Assembly: GCA_050117845.1 (NCBI GenBank) | Contig: JASFLY010000003.1 | Coordinates: 32,001 to 96,000 of the forward strand | Origin: Candidatus Zixiibacteriota bacterium | Lineage (GTDB): Bacteria > RBG-13-66-14 > B26-G2 > WVWN01 | Length of the DNA: 64,000 nt | Direction of reading: 5' to 3' | Shown here: piece by piece, positions 39,308 to 48,073 of the stretch | Position numbering within the stretch: position 1 is the first letter of the stretch | Layout of the letters: each line of letters opens with the position of its first letter | Position numbers and translations under genes: made by a program | Notes under the pieces: generated by a model | Told to the model about the DNA's origin: nothing | Databases searched by the model: none | What the model saw: the letters and a program-made list of their open reading frames with translations, nothing else

Positions 39308-39802
39308 TTACTTCCCGGGTTTAACGTCCGGGAACGGGATGTAGTCCTCGTTCGTAAAGTCCTTGAGGAGCGGGTGGCCGGTGAAGCCCTCCGGCGTCAG
39401 GAGGCGCGTCATGTTCGGGTGCCCCTCGAAGGTCACGCCGAAGAGGTCGAAAACCTCGCGCTCTAGCCAGTCCGCAGCGGCGTAAAGGTGCGTAACCGTC
39501 GGGACCGCGGCGCCGGCCCGGGGGACGTCCGCCTTCACCATGAACTCGTGCTGGTGCTCGTACGAGAAGTACTGGTACACCAGCGTTATCTTCTCGTCCT
39601 CCGGGTAGTCCACGGCGCTGATGAACATTAGGAAGTCGCACCCAAGGCCGGCTTCATCCTTGAGGAAGCGGGCCACCCGGGCGAGCGAGGCCGGCTCGAC
39701 GCGAACGAAGGGTAACATCCCCTCGCCGTTCACTTCGACGACGGCGTCGCCGAACGTCTCCTTAAGCCTCGCGGCGATTTTATCGAAAGCGGCGTTACTC
39801 AT
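39308..39802 (-). CDS. nuoC: Complex I subunit C
   Basis: SAVDY, WLEREVFDLFGV.FEGHP, HPLLKDF; ATG 39802. Confidence 0.94.
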   Translation of the reverse strand: MSNAAFDKIAARLKETFGDAVVEVNGEGMLPFVRVEPASLARVARFLKDEAGLGCDFLMFISAVDYPEDEKITLVYQYFSYEHQHEFMVKADVPRAGAAVPTVTHLYAAADWLEREVFDLFGVTFEGHPNMTRLLTPEGFTGHPLLKDFTNEDYIPFPDVKPGK

Positions 39803-39849
39803 ATTTAAACGGTAAAAATTACGCACACGTGAGACGGGGAAAACCCGGT

Positions 39850-40431
39850 TTACTTCTGTTCCAGCCGATCCAGAATCCAGCGGCCGTCGTTCCGGCCTTC
39901 CGGCGCTTTCTCGTCCGGGAAGTTGCCGAACGCTTCTACCAGGCTCTCGCCCTTTATTTTTTCCTGGAGCTTGAGGCAGCCGTGCATCAGCGCCTCGGGG
40001 CGCGGCGGGCAACCGGGGACGAATACGTCCACCGGGATTATCTTGTCGATACCCTTGAGGACGCTGTAAGCGTCGTAGTAGAAGCCGCCGCCCGATATGG
40101 CGCAGGAGCCCATCGCGATGACGTAACGCGGCTCGGCGAGCTGCTCCCAGAGGCGGCGGATGCGGGGGGCCATCTTGAGGGTGATGGTCCCGGAGATGAA
40201 CATCATGTCGGACTGACGGGGCGTGGCCCGGAACATCATGCCGTAGCGGTCGAGGTCGTAGCGCGAGGCCCCGGCGGCCATCATCTCGATGGCGCAACAG
40301 GCCAGGCCGAAGATCATGTACCACACGCTCGACGCCCGCGACCAGTTGAGAACCTTCTCGGTACTCATCGTCAACAAGCTGCCGCCCGGCAGCTTCTCCC
40401 AGTAGACGGGGAGCTTCGCGATTACGCCCAC
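39850..40431 (-). CDS. nuoB: Complex I subunit B
   Basis: [30 protein letters not shown]. Confidence 0.97.
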   Translation of the reverse strand: MGVIAKLPVYWEKLPGGSLLTMSTEKVLNWSRASSVWYMIFGLACCAIEMMAAGASRYDLDRYGMMFRATPRQSDMMFISGTITLKMAPRIRRLWEQLAEPRYVIAMGSCAISGGGFYYDAYSVLKGIDKIIPVDVFVPGCPPRPEALMHGCLKLQEKIKGESLVEAFGNFPDEKAPEGRNDGRWILDRLEQK

Positions 40432-40787
40432 TTCAGGGCCCCTTTCCGCCAGGCGTAGGCGAGCGCGATAAGCAGTATCCCGATGAATACCATCATCTCG
40501 ACGAAGGCGTACAGGCCCAACTTCTTCGCCGCTACCGCCCAGGGCAAAAGAAAAGCCGCCTCGACGTCGAAGACCACGAACGCCAGGGCGATCAGATAAA
40601 AGCGAACGTTATACTGGACCCAGGCGGTACCCCGGGTCGTTTCGCCGCACTCGTAAATATCGCGCTTCATGCGGCTCGGCCGCTGGGGGCGAATGAACCA
40701 AGCCCCAATCAGCGCGGCGGCGACAAAGAACAGGCCGAACCCTATAAAGAACGCGACGAACGCGTAATCCGTCAGCAAACGTAACAC
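40422..40787 (-). CDS. nuoA: Complex I subunit A
   Basis: [21 protein letters not shown]. Confidence 0.96.
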   Translation of the reverse strand: MLRLLTDYAFVAFFIGFGLFFVAAALIGAWFIRPQRPSRMKRDIYECGETTRGTAWVQYNVRFYLIALAFVVFDVEAAFLLPWAVAAKKLGLYAFVEMMVFIGILLIALAYAWRKGALKWA

Positions 40788-40866
40788 CTCACTAGATTTT
40801 AATCACTCGATAACACAGCTCCAGGCCGAAGTCAAGCTTTTTGTGATTATCGGCACGGATTGACCC

Positions 40867-42045
40867 GTGCGGCCCCTCGTGCTAATATACGATGGCGTGT
40901 CCGACATCCTACATTATGTAAAAAAAGTCGCCCGGCGCTCGCCGGGCGAAGTCCTCCGGGAGGCGGCCAAACGAAGCCGCGTCGCCCTAAAACTGGAGCG
41001 GCCCCTAGGCCGCGGCCGGGCCCTCTCGCCGTACGCCGTCAGCTTCTGGGTCACCCGGCGCTGCAACCTCCGGTGCGATATGTGTTGGGTCGAGCAGTCC
41101 CGCGAACTCGAGGGCGACGGCTACCTCCTGTCGGAAAACGAGCTGAATTTGTCCGAGTTGACCGGCGTGGTGGACGACCTGGCGCGGCGCTGGCGACCCC
41201 GCATCGGCATCACCGGCGGCGAGCCCTTCGTCCGCCGCGACACGCTCGACTTCATCCGGCACGTCAAAAACCGGGGCCTACGCTGCGGCGTCAACACCAA
41301 CGGGACCTTCCTCGCCCGCGACGCCGAAGAGCTGATCGAGGCCGGCCTCGACAGCATCATGGTCTCCGTGGACGGTCCGCCCGCCGTCCACGACCAACAG
41401 CGCCGCGTCCCCGGCACCTTCGTAAAAACGAAGGAAGGCATCGACGCCCTGCTGGCCGCCCGGGGCCGGGCCGGCGCCGGCCGGCCCTACGTCAAACTCA
41501 CCTGCACCGTCACGAACGCCAACGTCGACGCGTTGGCCGACATACCCGCGCTCTTCACCGACCTCCCGCTCGACGAGTTCACGTTCCAGCATCTCTGGTT
41601 CACCGAGGCCGAGACCGCCCGGGCCCAACGAAAACTCTTCACCGAAATCTTCGGCCAGGACACGACGTACCTGGAAGGCTTCGTCTCGCCGGAAATCCCG
41701 CCGGTGGACGTGGGTCGGCTCCGGGGCGCGGTCGAGGCCGTCGCGAGAAAGAGCTGGCCCTTCCCCGTTAACTTCTATCCGGCGCTGGGGCCGGACGAAC
41801 TGGGCCCCTTCTACGAGGACCCGCGGCACGCGTTCCGCCGGTCCTGTTTCTCCCGCTGGCTCCGCGTGGACGTACTGCCCGACGGCACCGTCACGCCCTG
41901 CCTCGGCCTGGCGGTGGGAAACGTACGCGAAAAGCCGATAAACGAAATATGGAACGGCCCGACTTTCCGCCGCTTCCGCCGCGAGCTGGGCCGAAGAGGA
42001 ACCTTTCCCGGCTGCGAACGATGTTGCGGTTTATTCAGTGATTAA
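40867..42045 (+). CDS. Radical SAM protein with SPASM/twitch domain
   Basis: CNLRCDMC, TGGEP, TNGT, SVDG; C..DG.V.PC..GNV..EIWNG..CERCC. Confidence 0.9.
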   Translation: MRPLVLIYDGVSDILHYVKKVARRSPGEVLREAAKRSRVALKLERPLGRGRALSPYAVSFWVTRRCNLRCDMCWVEQSRELEGDGYLLSENELNLSELTGVVDDLARRWRPRIGITGGEPFVRRDTLDFIRHVKNRGLRCGVNTNGTFLARDAEELIEAGLDSIMVSVDGPPAVHDQQRRVPGTFVKTKEGIDALLAARGRAGAGRPYVKLTCTVTNANVDALADIPALFTDLPLDEFTFQHLWFTEAETARAQRKLFTEIFGQDTTYLEGFVSPEIPPVDVGRLRGAVEAVARKSWPFPVNFYPALGPDELGPFYEDPRHAFRRSCFSRWLRVDVLPDGTVTPCLGLAVGNVREKPINEIWNGPTFRRFRRELGRRGTFPGCERCCGLFSD

Positions 42046-42060
42046 CGCCTAAAAGACGGC

Positions 42061-42089
42061 TTGAAGCGAACGGCGGGCCGTGTTAATAT
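42061..42089 (+). promoter_or_regulatory. Possible promoter for the GT-C pair
   Basis: TTGAAG-N17-TAATAT with upstream TG. Confidence 0.4.
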
Positions 42090-42167
42090 CCTCGCCTAAC
42101 TCCGGCCTCCAAGTCCCCCGGGCCGGCCGAATACCCAACCCTTTTACCGCTCATTACCGCCGAAGTT

Positions 42168-43778
42168 ATGGACGATAACAAACGCGAACGTAACGACCGC
42201 ATACGCTTATGGGCCGGGCGCCTGGCGCCGGCCGGAGCGTTCGCCTTCAAGCTGGCCGTATCGCTGGGCTTCCTCGTATATTACGTCCGGCACTTTAAAC
42301 GGATAATGTACATCGCCGACGGCCCCGGCCGCGGCATCGAGGCGTACACTCTCGCCTACGCCGGGTTCGACCTCTTCCCCCGGCACCAGTTCCCGCCGCT
42401 GCCTCTTTGGATATGGTCGGGCCTGTTGAAGATTTGGCCGGACATTTACTTCACCGGGACGGCGATGAACATCGTCGCCGGCTGCGGCATCGCCCTCTTC
42501 CTTTACCTCCTGGGGCGGCGCCTGGCCGGGCCGTTGGCGGGAGCGGTGGCGGTAATCGCGTTCACCTTCTCTCCCGTTCACCACAACCTGACGGTCACGA
42601 TGGGCATGGCGGAGCCGGTCTTTTACTTCTGGCTCGTGGCGGGCGTGTTCTTCGCGGCCCGGGCGGAGGCCGGCCTGCGGGGCGCGGCGGGCGCGGCCTT
42701 CTGCTTCGCCGCCGCGGCGCTCAGCCGCTATGAGGGTACGGCCTTCCTCATCCTGTACTCGGCCTATCGCCTCTTCCGCCACCGGCCCCGGACGGTCCTG
42801 GCCTGGGTCCTCTACTTTATCCCGCTCGCCGTCGCGGGCGTCTTCGTGGCCCACAAGGGCCTCCAGCCCAGCCACGCGGGTTTGTGGCCGGCGCTCGCCG
42901 GCGTCCGCGCCGACACCTCGGCGGTCCTTTCCAACCCGACGTGGTACCGGCGCCTGGGTTACGGCGTATACCGTTTCCTCTTCGACGGCCGCGCCACGGC
43001 CGTACTGGCCTTCGCCGGTGCGATTCTCGTCTTCCGAAAAAAGTGGCTGCGCGCCGACCGCTTCATGATCTGGCTGGCGTGGGCGCTTATCTTCACCGCC
43101 CTCACGGCTATCGCCGTCATAGTCGGCCTGGGCTTCTGCCCGGAGCGCTACTTCGCCACGCCGCTCATGCTCATCTTCCCGTTCGCCGGCCTGGCCGTGG
43201 TGGAACTCGTCCAGTTCGTAAAACCGCCCGCGAAGGCCGTCAAGGCCGTCGTCGTGGGCGCGATCCTAATCACGTCGCTCTACGTCACGGCGCGATGGGA
43301 TTACGTGATAATCAAGCCCGGATACGGCTTCCCCGGCCCCTGCAACACCCGACCCGCCTTCGCCACCGAGACGGCCCTTCGGCTCCGGGAACTCTGGCGC
43401 GGCGGCCGGCTCGGCCCCCAGGAAGTCGTGCTGATAGAAATCGGCGAACCGGGTTCGACCGGCTCGTGGCGTTTCGAGGAATACCCGTTGCGGGCCTTCA
43501 GCGACCACCCCCTGCACTTCCTACGGGAGACGGAATCCGAGCTGACGCCGGAGCTCGATTACCTCGTACCGCTCCTGCGCGAGAACGACATGCGTATCGC
43601 GATCGTTTGTAGCGATACGAACCGGGAGCTTCTGCGCCGGCACTACGACGAAATCCTCCCGGACGCCGTCATATACGACAACCCGACGCAGACCATAGTG
43701 GTCCTACGCGAGAGGTGGGAAAAGATACCCGACTTCGCGTCCCGTATTTGCCCGGACGAAGTCACGGTATACGAATAG
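42168..43778 (+). CDS. Polytopic GT-C (ArnT/PMT-like) glycosyltransferase, paralog A
   Basis: Many TM helices; ADG..R, P..W, MAE, SRYE, ERYF. Confidence 0.7.
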   Translation: MDDNKRERNDRIRLWAGRLAPAGAFAFKLAVSLGFLVYYVRHFKRIMYIADGPGRGIEAYTLAYAGFDLFPRHQFPPLPLWIWSGLLKIWPDIYFTGTAMNIVAGCGIALFLYLLGRRLAGPLAGAVAVIAFTFSPVHHNLTVTMGMAEPVFYFWLVAGVFFAARAEAGLRGAAGAAFCFAAAALSRYEGTAFLILYSAYRLFRHRPRTVLAWVLYFIPLAVAGVFVAHKGLQPSHAGLWPALAGVRADTSAVLSNPTWYRRLGYGVYRFLFDGRATAVLAFAGAILVFRKKWLRADRFMIWLAWALIFTALTAIAVIVGLGFCPERYFATPLMLIFPFAGLAVVELVQFVKPPAKAVKAVVVGAILITSLYVTARWDYVIIKPGYGFPGPCNTRPAFATETALRLRELWRGGRLGPQEVVLIEIGEPGSTGSWRFEEYPLRAFSDHPLHFLRETESELTPELDYLVPLLRENDMRIAIVCSDTNRELLRRHYDEILPDAVIYDNPTQTIVVLRERWEKIPDFASRICPDEVTVYE

Positions 43779-43855
43779 CGCGCCCCCGCCGGGAACGGCG
43801 GCGGGCACGGCACAAGTAGGAAGGGATCGTAGTTACGCACACCGAGAGGGAAGCG

Positions 43856-45460
43856 GTGCATTCCCGGAAGAAAACGGAGTGGTTGGGTCGGCTCGCGCCG
43901 TGGGGATTCTTCGCCCTTAAAATCCTCGTATCCATCTATTCCCTCCACCGGTACATGCCCCACTACCTAAGGTTGACCTATATCGCCGACGGGCCGGCCC
44001 GCGGCATAGAGGCCTTCAACCTGGCGTACGGCGACTTCGGCGTTTTTAAAACCTACCAATTCCTGCCCATGCAGATATGGCTCTGGGCGGGCCTCCTTAA
44101 AATATATCCCGACGTTTATTGGACAGGGACGGCGCTGAACGTCGCGTTCGCCGCCGGCACGACGGTCCTCCTTTACCTCCTGGGGCGCGAACTCGCGGGG
44201 CCGGCGGCCGGGGCGCTGGCGGCCGTCCTCTTTATCTTTTCGCCCGTGCACCATTGCCTGACCATCTCGGAGGGGATGGCGGAAAGCATATTCTTCTTCT
44301 GGAACGCCGCCGGCATATACGCCGCGGCCCGGGCGGCGCGGGAAGGACGCGGCGAGTGGGTGGCCGGCCTCTGCTTCGGCGCCGCCGCCCTGACGCGCTA
44401 CGAGAGCGCGGCCCTGCTCATCCTCTACTCGGCCTACCGGCTGTTCCGAGCGCGGCCGCGGAGCGCCGGCGGGTGGCTGCTCTGGGCGGCGCCTTTGGCG
44501 GCCGTGGCCGTTGTACTGGGCCACAAGGCCATGCTCGCCGCGCACGTGGGCGTTCGTCACGACCTCGCCGGCGTCAAGGGCGACAGCGAACTCGTACTGC
44601 CCGGGGCGTTGTGGTACGAGCGGGTCGCCTACGGCCTGACGCGCGTCTGGCGGGACGGCCGGGTGTTCGGCCTCCTGGGCGCCGCCGGCTTCTTCCTCGT
44701 TTGGCTGCGCGGCATACGCAACGAAAGCCGGCTCCTGATATGGGGCGGCCTCGCCGCCCTGCTGGTCGGCGTATCGACCGTATTCGCGGTAGTCGGCCTG
44801 GGCCTGGGGCCGGAGCGGCACTTCTCCATCATACTGATGTTCTTGTTCCCCTTCGCCGGCCTTACCGTCACGGAGGCGTGGCGCCGGGCGCGGGGCCTCG
44901 CGTTAAAAATCGTCCTGATCGTATTATTGGCGGCCGCCGGCGCTTACACCGTTTATTTCGACTCGGCCATCAAGGACTACGGTTACGGCTTCCCGGGGCC
45001 ATGTTACTCCTGCATGACCGTGGACGCGGAGCTGGCCCTCAAGCTCCGGGACCTCTGGCGCTCGGGGGAACTCGGGCCGGACGAGATAATATATATGGAA
45101 CAAAACGACGGCAATTTCAGCAACTACCCGATCCAGGCGTACAGCAACCGGCCGCGGAACTTCTACGTCAGCCCCGCCTACCAGTCGGAACGGGACCTCT
45201 GGTACCTCGATTATATAATGGAGACGAACGGGTTCCGCGTCGCCATATTCGTGAACGCGGTTACCCGCCACCAGTTGAAATCCTTCTATCGGGCCCTGGG
45301 AAAGAAGTACGTCATCTACGAAACGCCGGCCCACTCGCTCGTCGTGCGGCGCGACGGATGGCCGCGCGGCCTCCCCGATTTCCGGTCGGCCCGCCACCCC
45401 CGGCAATCCCGCGTAGTCGACTACGGCTCGCCCGACGCCGTAATAAAAAGGACGCCCTGA
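43856..45460 (+). CDS. Polytopic GT-C (ArnT/PMT-like) glycosyltransferase, paralog B
   Basis: Colinear with paralog A: YIADGP.RGIEA, GMAE, RYE, YGFPGPC, LR.LWR.G.LGP. Confidence 0.7.
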   Translation: MHSRKKTEWLGRLAPWGFFALKILVSIYSLHRYMPHYLRLTYIADGPARGIEAFNLAYGDFGVFKTYQFLPMQIWLWAGLLKIYPDVYWTGTALNVAFAAGTTVLLYLLGRELAGPAAGALAAVLFIFSPVHHCLTISEGMAESIFFFWNAAGIYAAARAAREGRGEWVAGLCFGAAALTRYESAALLILYSAYRLFRARPRSAGGWLLWAAPLAAVAVVLGHKAMLAAHVGVRHDLAGVKGDSELVLPGALWYERVAYGLTRVWRDGRVFGLLGAAGFFLVWLRGIRNESRLLIWGGLAALLVGVSTVFAVVGLGLGPERHFSIILMFLFPFAGLTVTEAWRRARGLALKIVLIVLLAAAGAYTVYFDSAIKDYGYGFPGPCYSCMTVDAELALKLRDLWRSGELGPDEIIYMEQNDGNFSNYPIQAYSNRPRNFYVSPAYQSERDLWYLDYIMETNGFRVAIFVNAVTRHQLKSFYRALGKKYVIYETPAHSLVVRRDGWPRGLPDFRSARHPRQSRVVDYGSPDAVIKRTP

Positions 45461-45489
45461 CGGGCGCCCGGCGTCGGCGTAGGATTAGC

Positions 45490-46239
45490 TTATTGTTCGA
45501 CCGCGGCCTGCGGCATTCCCAAATGCACCAGGCCCAGGTTCATAAAGCCGTTCACGATTTTCAATAGGTACAACTGGTCGTCGATGTTCAGCCGCCGGGC
45601 CATATCCCGGATGGTCAACCCCTGTTCGGCCAGGTGGAGAATCTCCCGCTCCATGGAGGAGAATTCGTAGTCGCCGCGCAACAGCTCCGCCAGCGGCCTC
45701 GTCTCTTTGTGGATAACGAGATCCACCGACGGGATCCTCCGGCTGATACGCTTGTAGTCGTCCATCCTCTTCGTCGATTCCATCACGAGTTCCGTAACCG
45801 AGATGGAGACCGTTATGTCCTCGTCGAGGCGGTAGGGCGTAAGCTCGTAGGTGAACGTCCCGTCCTCGATCAGGAACATGTCGAAGAGTTTTATTTTAAT
45901 TTTACGTTGGATGAAGTCGACCAGCGTCTCCCGGCCTATCGTCCCCCGGTGCAGGAGGAAAGTGCCGAAGCGGGGCTTCTCGGCGCCGGAGTCCTCGTAT
46001 TCGCGCAGGGCCCGCGTCAATTGCTCGCGCTTGATGACGCCGGCGTTCACGAGATCCTCGCCGAGGGGCGCGTATTTCTTGCTGGAATCGGCGTAAATTA
46101 CGAAGCCGTCGTCGAAGTAGGTGCGATACCAAACGCCGAATTCGTCGTCCACCGTCAGGATGCAGGTCCGCCGGCCCAGTTGGACTATCTGAAACAGGTC
46201 CACTAACGTCAGGTCTCGTACGTTGCCGATTACCGCCAT
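45490..46239 (-). CDS. DUF4388 (PATAN-like) domain protein
   Basis: GNVRDLTLVDLFQ, F.DG..YA, LGEDLV..G, GTFTY, LVMES.KRMD. Confidence 0.8.
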   Translation of the reverse strand: MAVIGNVRDLTLVDLFQIVQLGRRTCILTVDDEFGVWYRTYFDDGFVIYADSSKKYAPLGEDLVNAGVIKREQLTRALREYEDSGAEKPRFGTFLLHRGTIGRETLVDFIQRKIKIKLFDMFLIEDGTFTYELTPYRLDEDITVSISVTELVMESTKRMDDYKRISRRIPSVDLVIHKETRPLAELLRGDYEFSSMEREILHLAEQGLTIRDMARRLNIDDQLYLLKIVNGFMNLGLVHLGMPQAAVEQ

Positions 46240-46302
46240 AAGTCAAGGCCGCCTCGTTTGGAAACGCCGTTGCGCCGGTGAAACGAAGTTATGTCGTTTT
46301 TC

Positions 46303-46331
46303 ATTATAACAATGAGGCCCTTTCCGGTCAA
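46303..46331 (-). promoter_or_regulatory. Promoter for the DUF4388 gene
   Basis: TTGACC-N17-TATAAT with upstream TG. Confidence 0.75.
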
Positions 46332-46365
46332 GCGAACACAACTATAAGGGGAACGCCGGTTCCGC

Positions 46366-46394
46366 TTGACCGAAACGCCGTTATCGGTTATATT
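46366..46394 (+). promoter_or_regulatory. Promoter for aminotransferase-rsfS-argS
   Basis: TTGACC-N17-TATATT. Confidence 0.65.
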
Positions 46395-46438
46395 CTCCAC
46401 AACGAAGCTCTTTTCGGCTCTTTCCACCGAGGTGCGAT

Positions 46439-47653
46439 ATGGGAAACGACGGACCCCAGCTCTCCGCCCGGGCGGCCGCCCTGCCGGCCTCGCCCATCCG
46501 CAAGTTAATACCGCTCGCCGACGGCGCCAAAAAGCGGGGCGTTCACGTGTATCACCTCAACATCGGCCAGCCCGACATCCCGTCGCCCGAGGCATTCCTC
46601 CGCGCGCTGGGGGAATTCCCGGAAAAGGTAATCGCGTACGGCCGCTCCGAAGGGGAACCGCCGCTCCGGGAGGCCTACCGGGAATACTACGGCCGCTTCG
46701 GCCTCGACCTCGCCGTCGAGAATATCATGGTGACGACCGGCGGCTCCGAAGCCCTGCTCTTCGCGTTCTTCTGCGTCGCCGCCGCGGGCGAAGAGGTAAT
46801 CGTCTTCGAGCCCTTTTACACCAACTACAACGGCTTCGCGGACGTCGTGGGCGTTAAGTTCAAGCCGCTCGCGACCGAGCCCGGCAGCGGCTACCACCTC
46901 CCCGCGCCGGACGCGATCGAGGCCGCCATCGGCCCCAAGACCCGGGCCATCGCCCTCTGCAACCCCAACAACCCCACCGGGACCGTTTACGGCGACGACG
47001 AACTCCGCGCCGTCGCCGAGCTGGCGAAACGGCACAACCTCTTCATTATCTCGGACGAGGTGTACCGCGAATTCGTTTACGACGGCCTGACCCACACGTC
47101 GATGCTCTCCTACCCCGACGTGGCATCCCGCGTCGTCGTTACCGATAGTCTGTCGAAGCGCTTCAGCGCCTGCGGCGCGCGCATCGGCTGCCTGGTTTCG
47201 CGCAACGCCGAATTCATGGCCGCGGCGCTCAAGCTCGGCCAGGCCCGCCTCTCCCCGCCGGTGGTGGAGGAGTTCGCGGCGACCGCGGCCCTACGGCTCG
47301 CGCCGTCGGAATACGTCGAACCGATGATCGCGGAATTCGCCCGGCGCCGAGACGTCGTATACGGCGCGGTGGCCGACATGCCGGGCGTTCTGGCCTACAA
47401 ACCGTCGGGCGCTTTCTACATGGCTCCCGAGTTCCCGGTGGACGACGCCGAGAAATTCGTGTCCTGGATGCTCACGGACTTCGAGCACGAGGGCGCGACC
47501 ACCATGCTCGCGCCGGCGAACGGCTTCTACGCCACGCCGGGCGCAGGCCTGCGGGAGGCGCGTATCGCGTACGTCCTCAACGAAGGCGACCTGGGCCGGG
47601 CGATGACTTGCCTGGCCGAGGGCCTGAAACAATACCCGGGGCGGAGTTCCTAG
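46439..47653 (+). CDS. Class I/II PLP aminotransferase (aspartate aminotransferase-like)
   Basis: LNIGQPD, NPNNPTG, SDEVY, SLSKRFSACGARIG. Confidence 0.93.
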   Translation: MGNDGPQLSARAAALPASPIRKLIPLADGAKKRGVHVYHLNIGQPDIPSPEAFLRALGEFPEKVIAYGRSEGEPPLREAYREYYGRFGLDLAVENIMVTTGGSEALLFAFFCVAAAGEEVIVFEPFYTNYNGFADVVGVKFKPLATEPGSGYHLPAPDAIEAAIGPKTRAIALCNPNNPTGTVYGDDELRAVAELAKRHNLFIISDEVYREFVYDGLTHTSMLSYPDVASRVVVTDSLSKRFSACGARIGCLVSRNAEFMAAALKLGQARLSPPVVEEFAATAALRLAPSEYVEPMIAEFARRRDVVYGAVADMPGVLAYKPSGAFYMAPEFPVDDAEKFVSWMLTDFEHEGATTMLAPANGFYATPGAGLREARIAYVLNEGDLGRAMTCLAEGLKQYPGRSS

Positions 47654-48073
47654 GTGGCCCGGCCGGACAAAACCCTCCCCGAGGGCACGACCTTCCGCGG
47701 CGAGAAGCTGAACGCGAAAGATAAAGCCCTGCTCGCCGCCGCCGAAGCGGACGACCTCAAGGCGCGGGACATCGTCGTTCTCGACGTCCGGGAGTTCCCT
47801 TCGCTGGCCGAGTACTTCGTAATATGCACCGGCGACACCAAGCGGCACCTCCGCGGTATCGCCGGCCGCCTGAAGGACGCTGCCGACGAGCACGACTTCG
47901 CCGTCCATCACACCGAGGGCCTCGACATGGCCCGGTGGATACTTGTGGACCTCAATAACGTCGTCGTCCACATCTTCGACCCGGAAGCGCGGAACCATTA
48001 CGAGCTCGAGCGCCTCTGGGGCGACGCGGCCCGCGTCCCCTTCGCCCCTCCCCAACCCCCCGGAAAAAAATAA
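47654..48073 (+). CDS. rsfS: Ribosome silencing factor
   Basis: KARDIVVLDV, YFVICTG, EG...WILVD, R.HYELERLWGDA. Confidence 0.95.
   Translation: MARPDKTLPEGTTFRGEKLNAKDKALLAAAEADDLKARDIVVLDVREFPSLAEYFVICTGDTKRHLRGIAGRLKDAADEHDFAVHHTEGLDMARWILVDLNNVVVHIFDPEARNHYELERLWGDAARVPFAPPQPPGKK

Noticed and set aside
40842..40857. CRP/Rex-like site TGTGA-N6-GCACG upstream of nuoA
   Set aside because: Only one good half-site and atypical spacing relative to a weakly supported promoter
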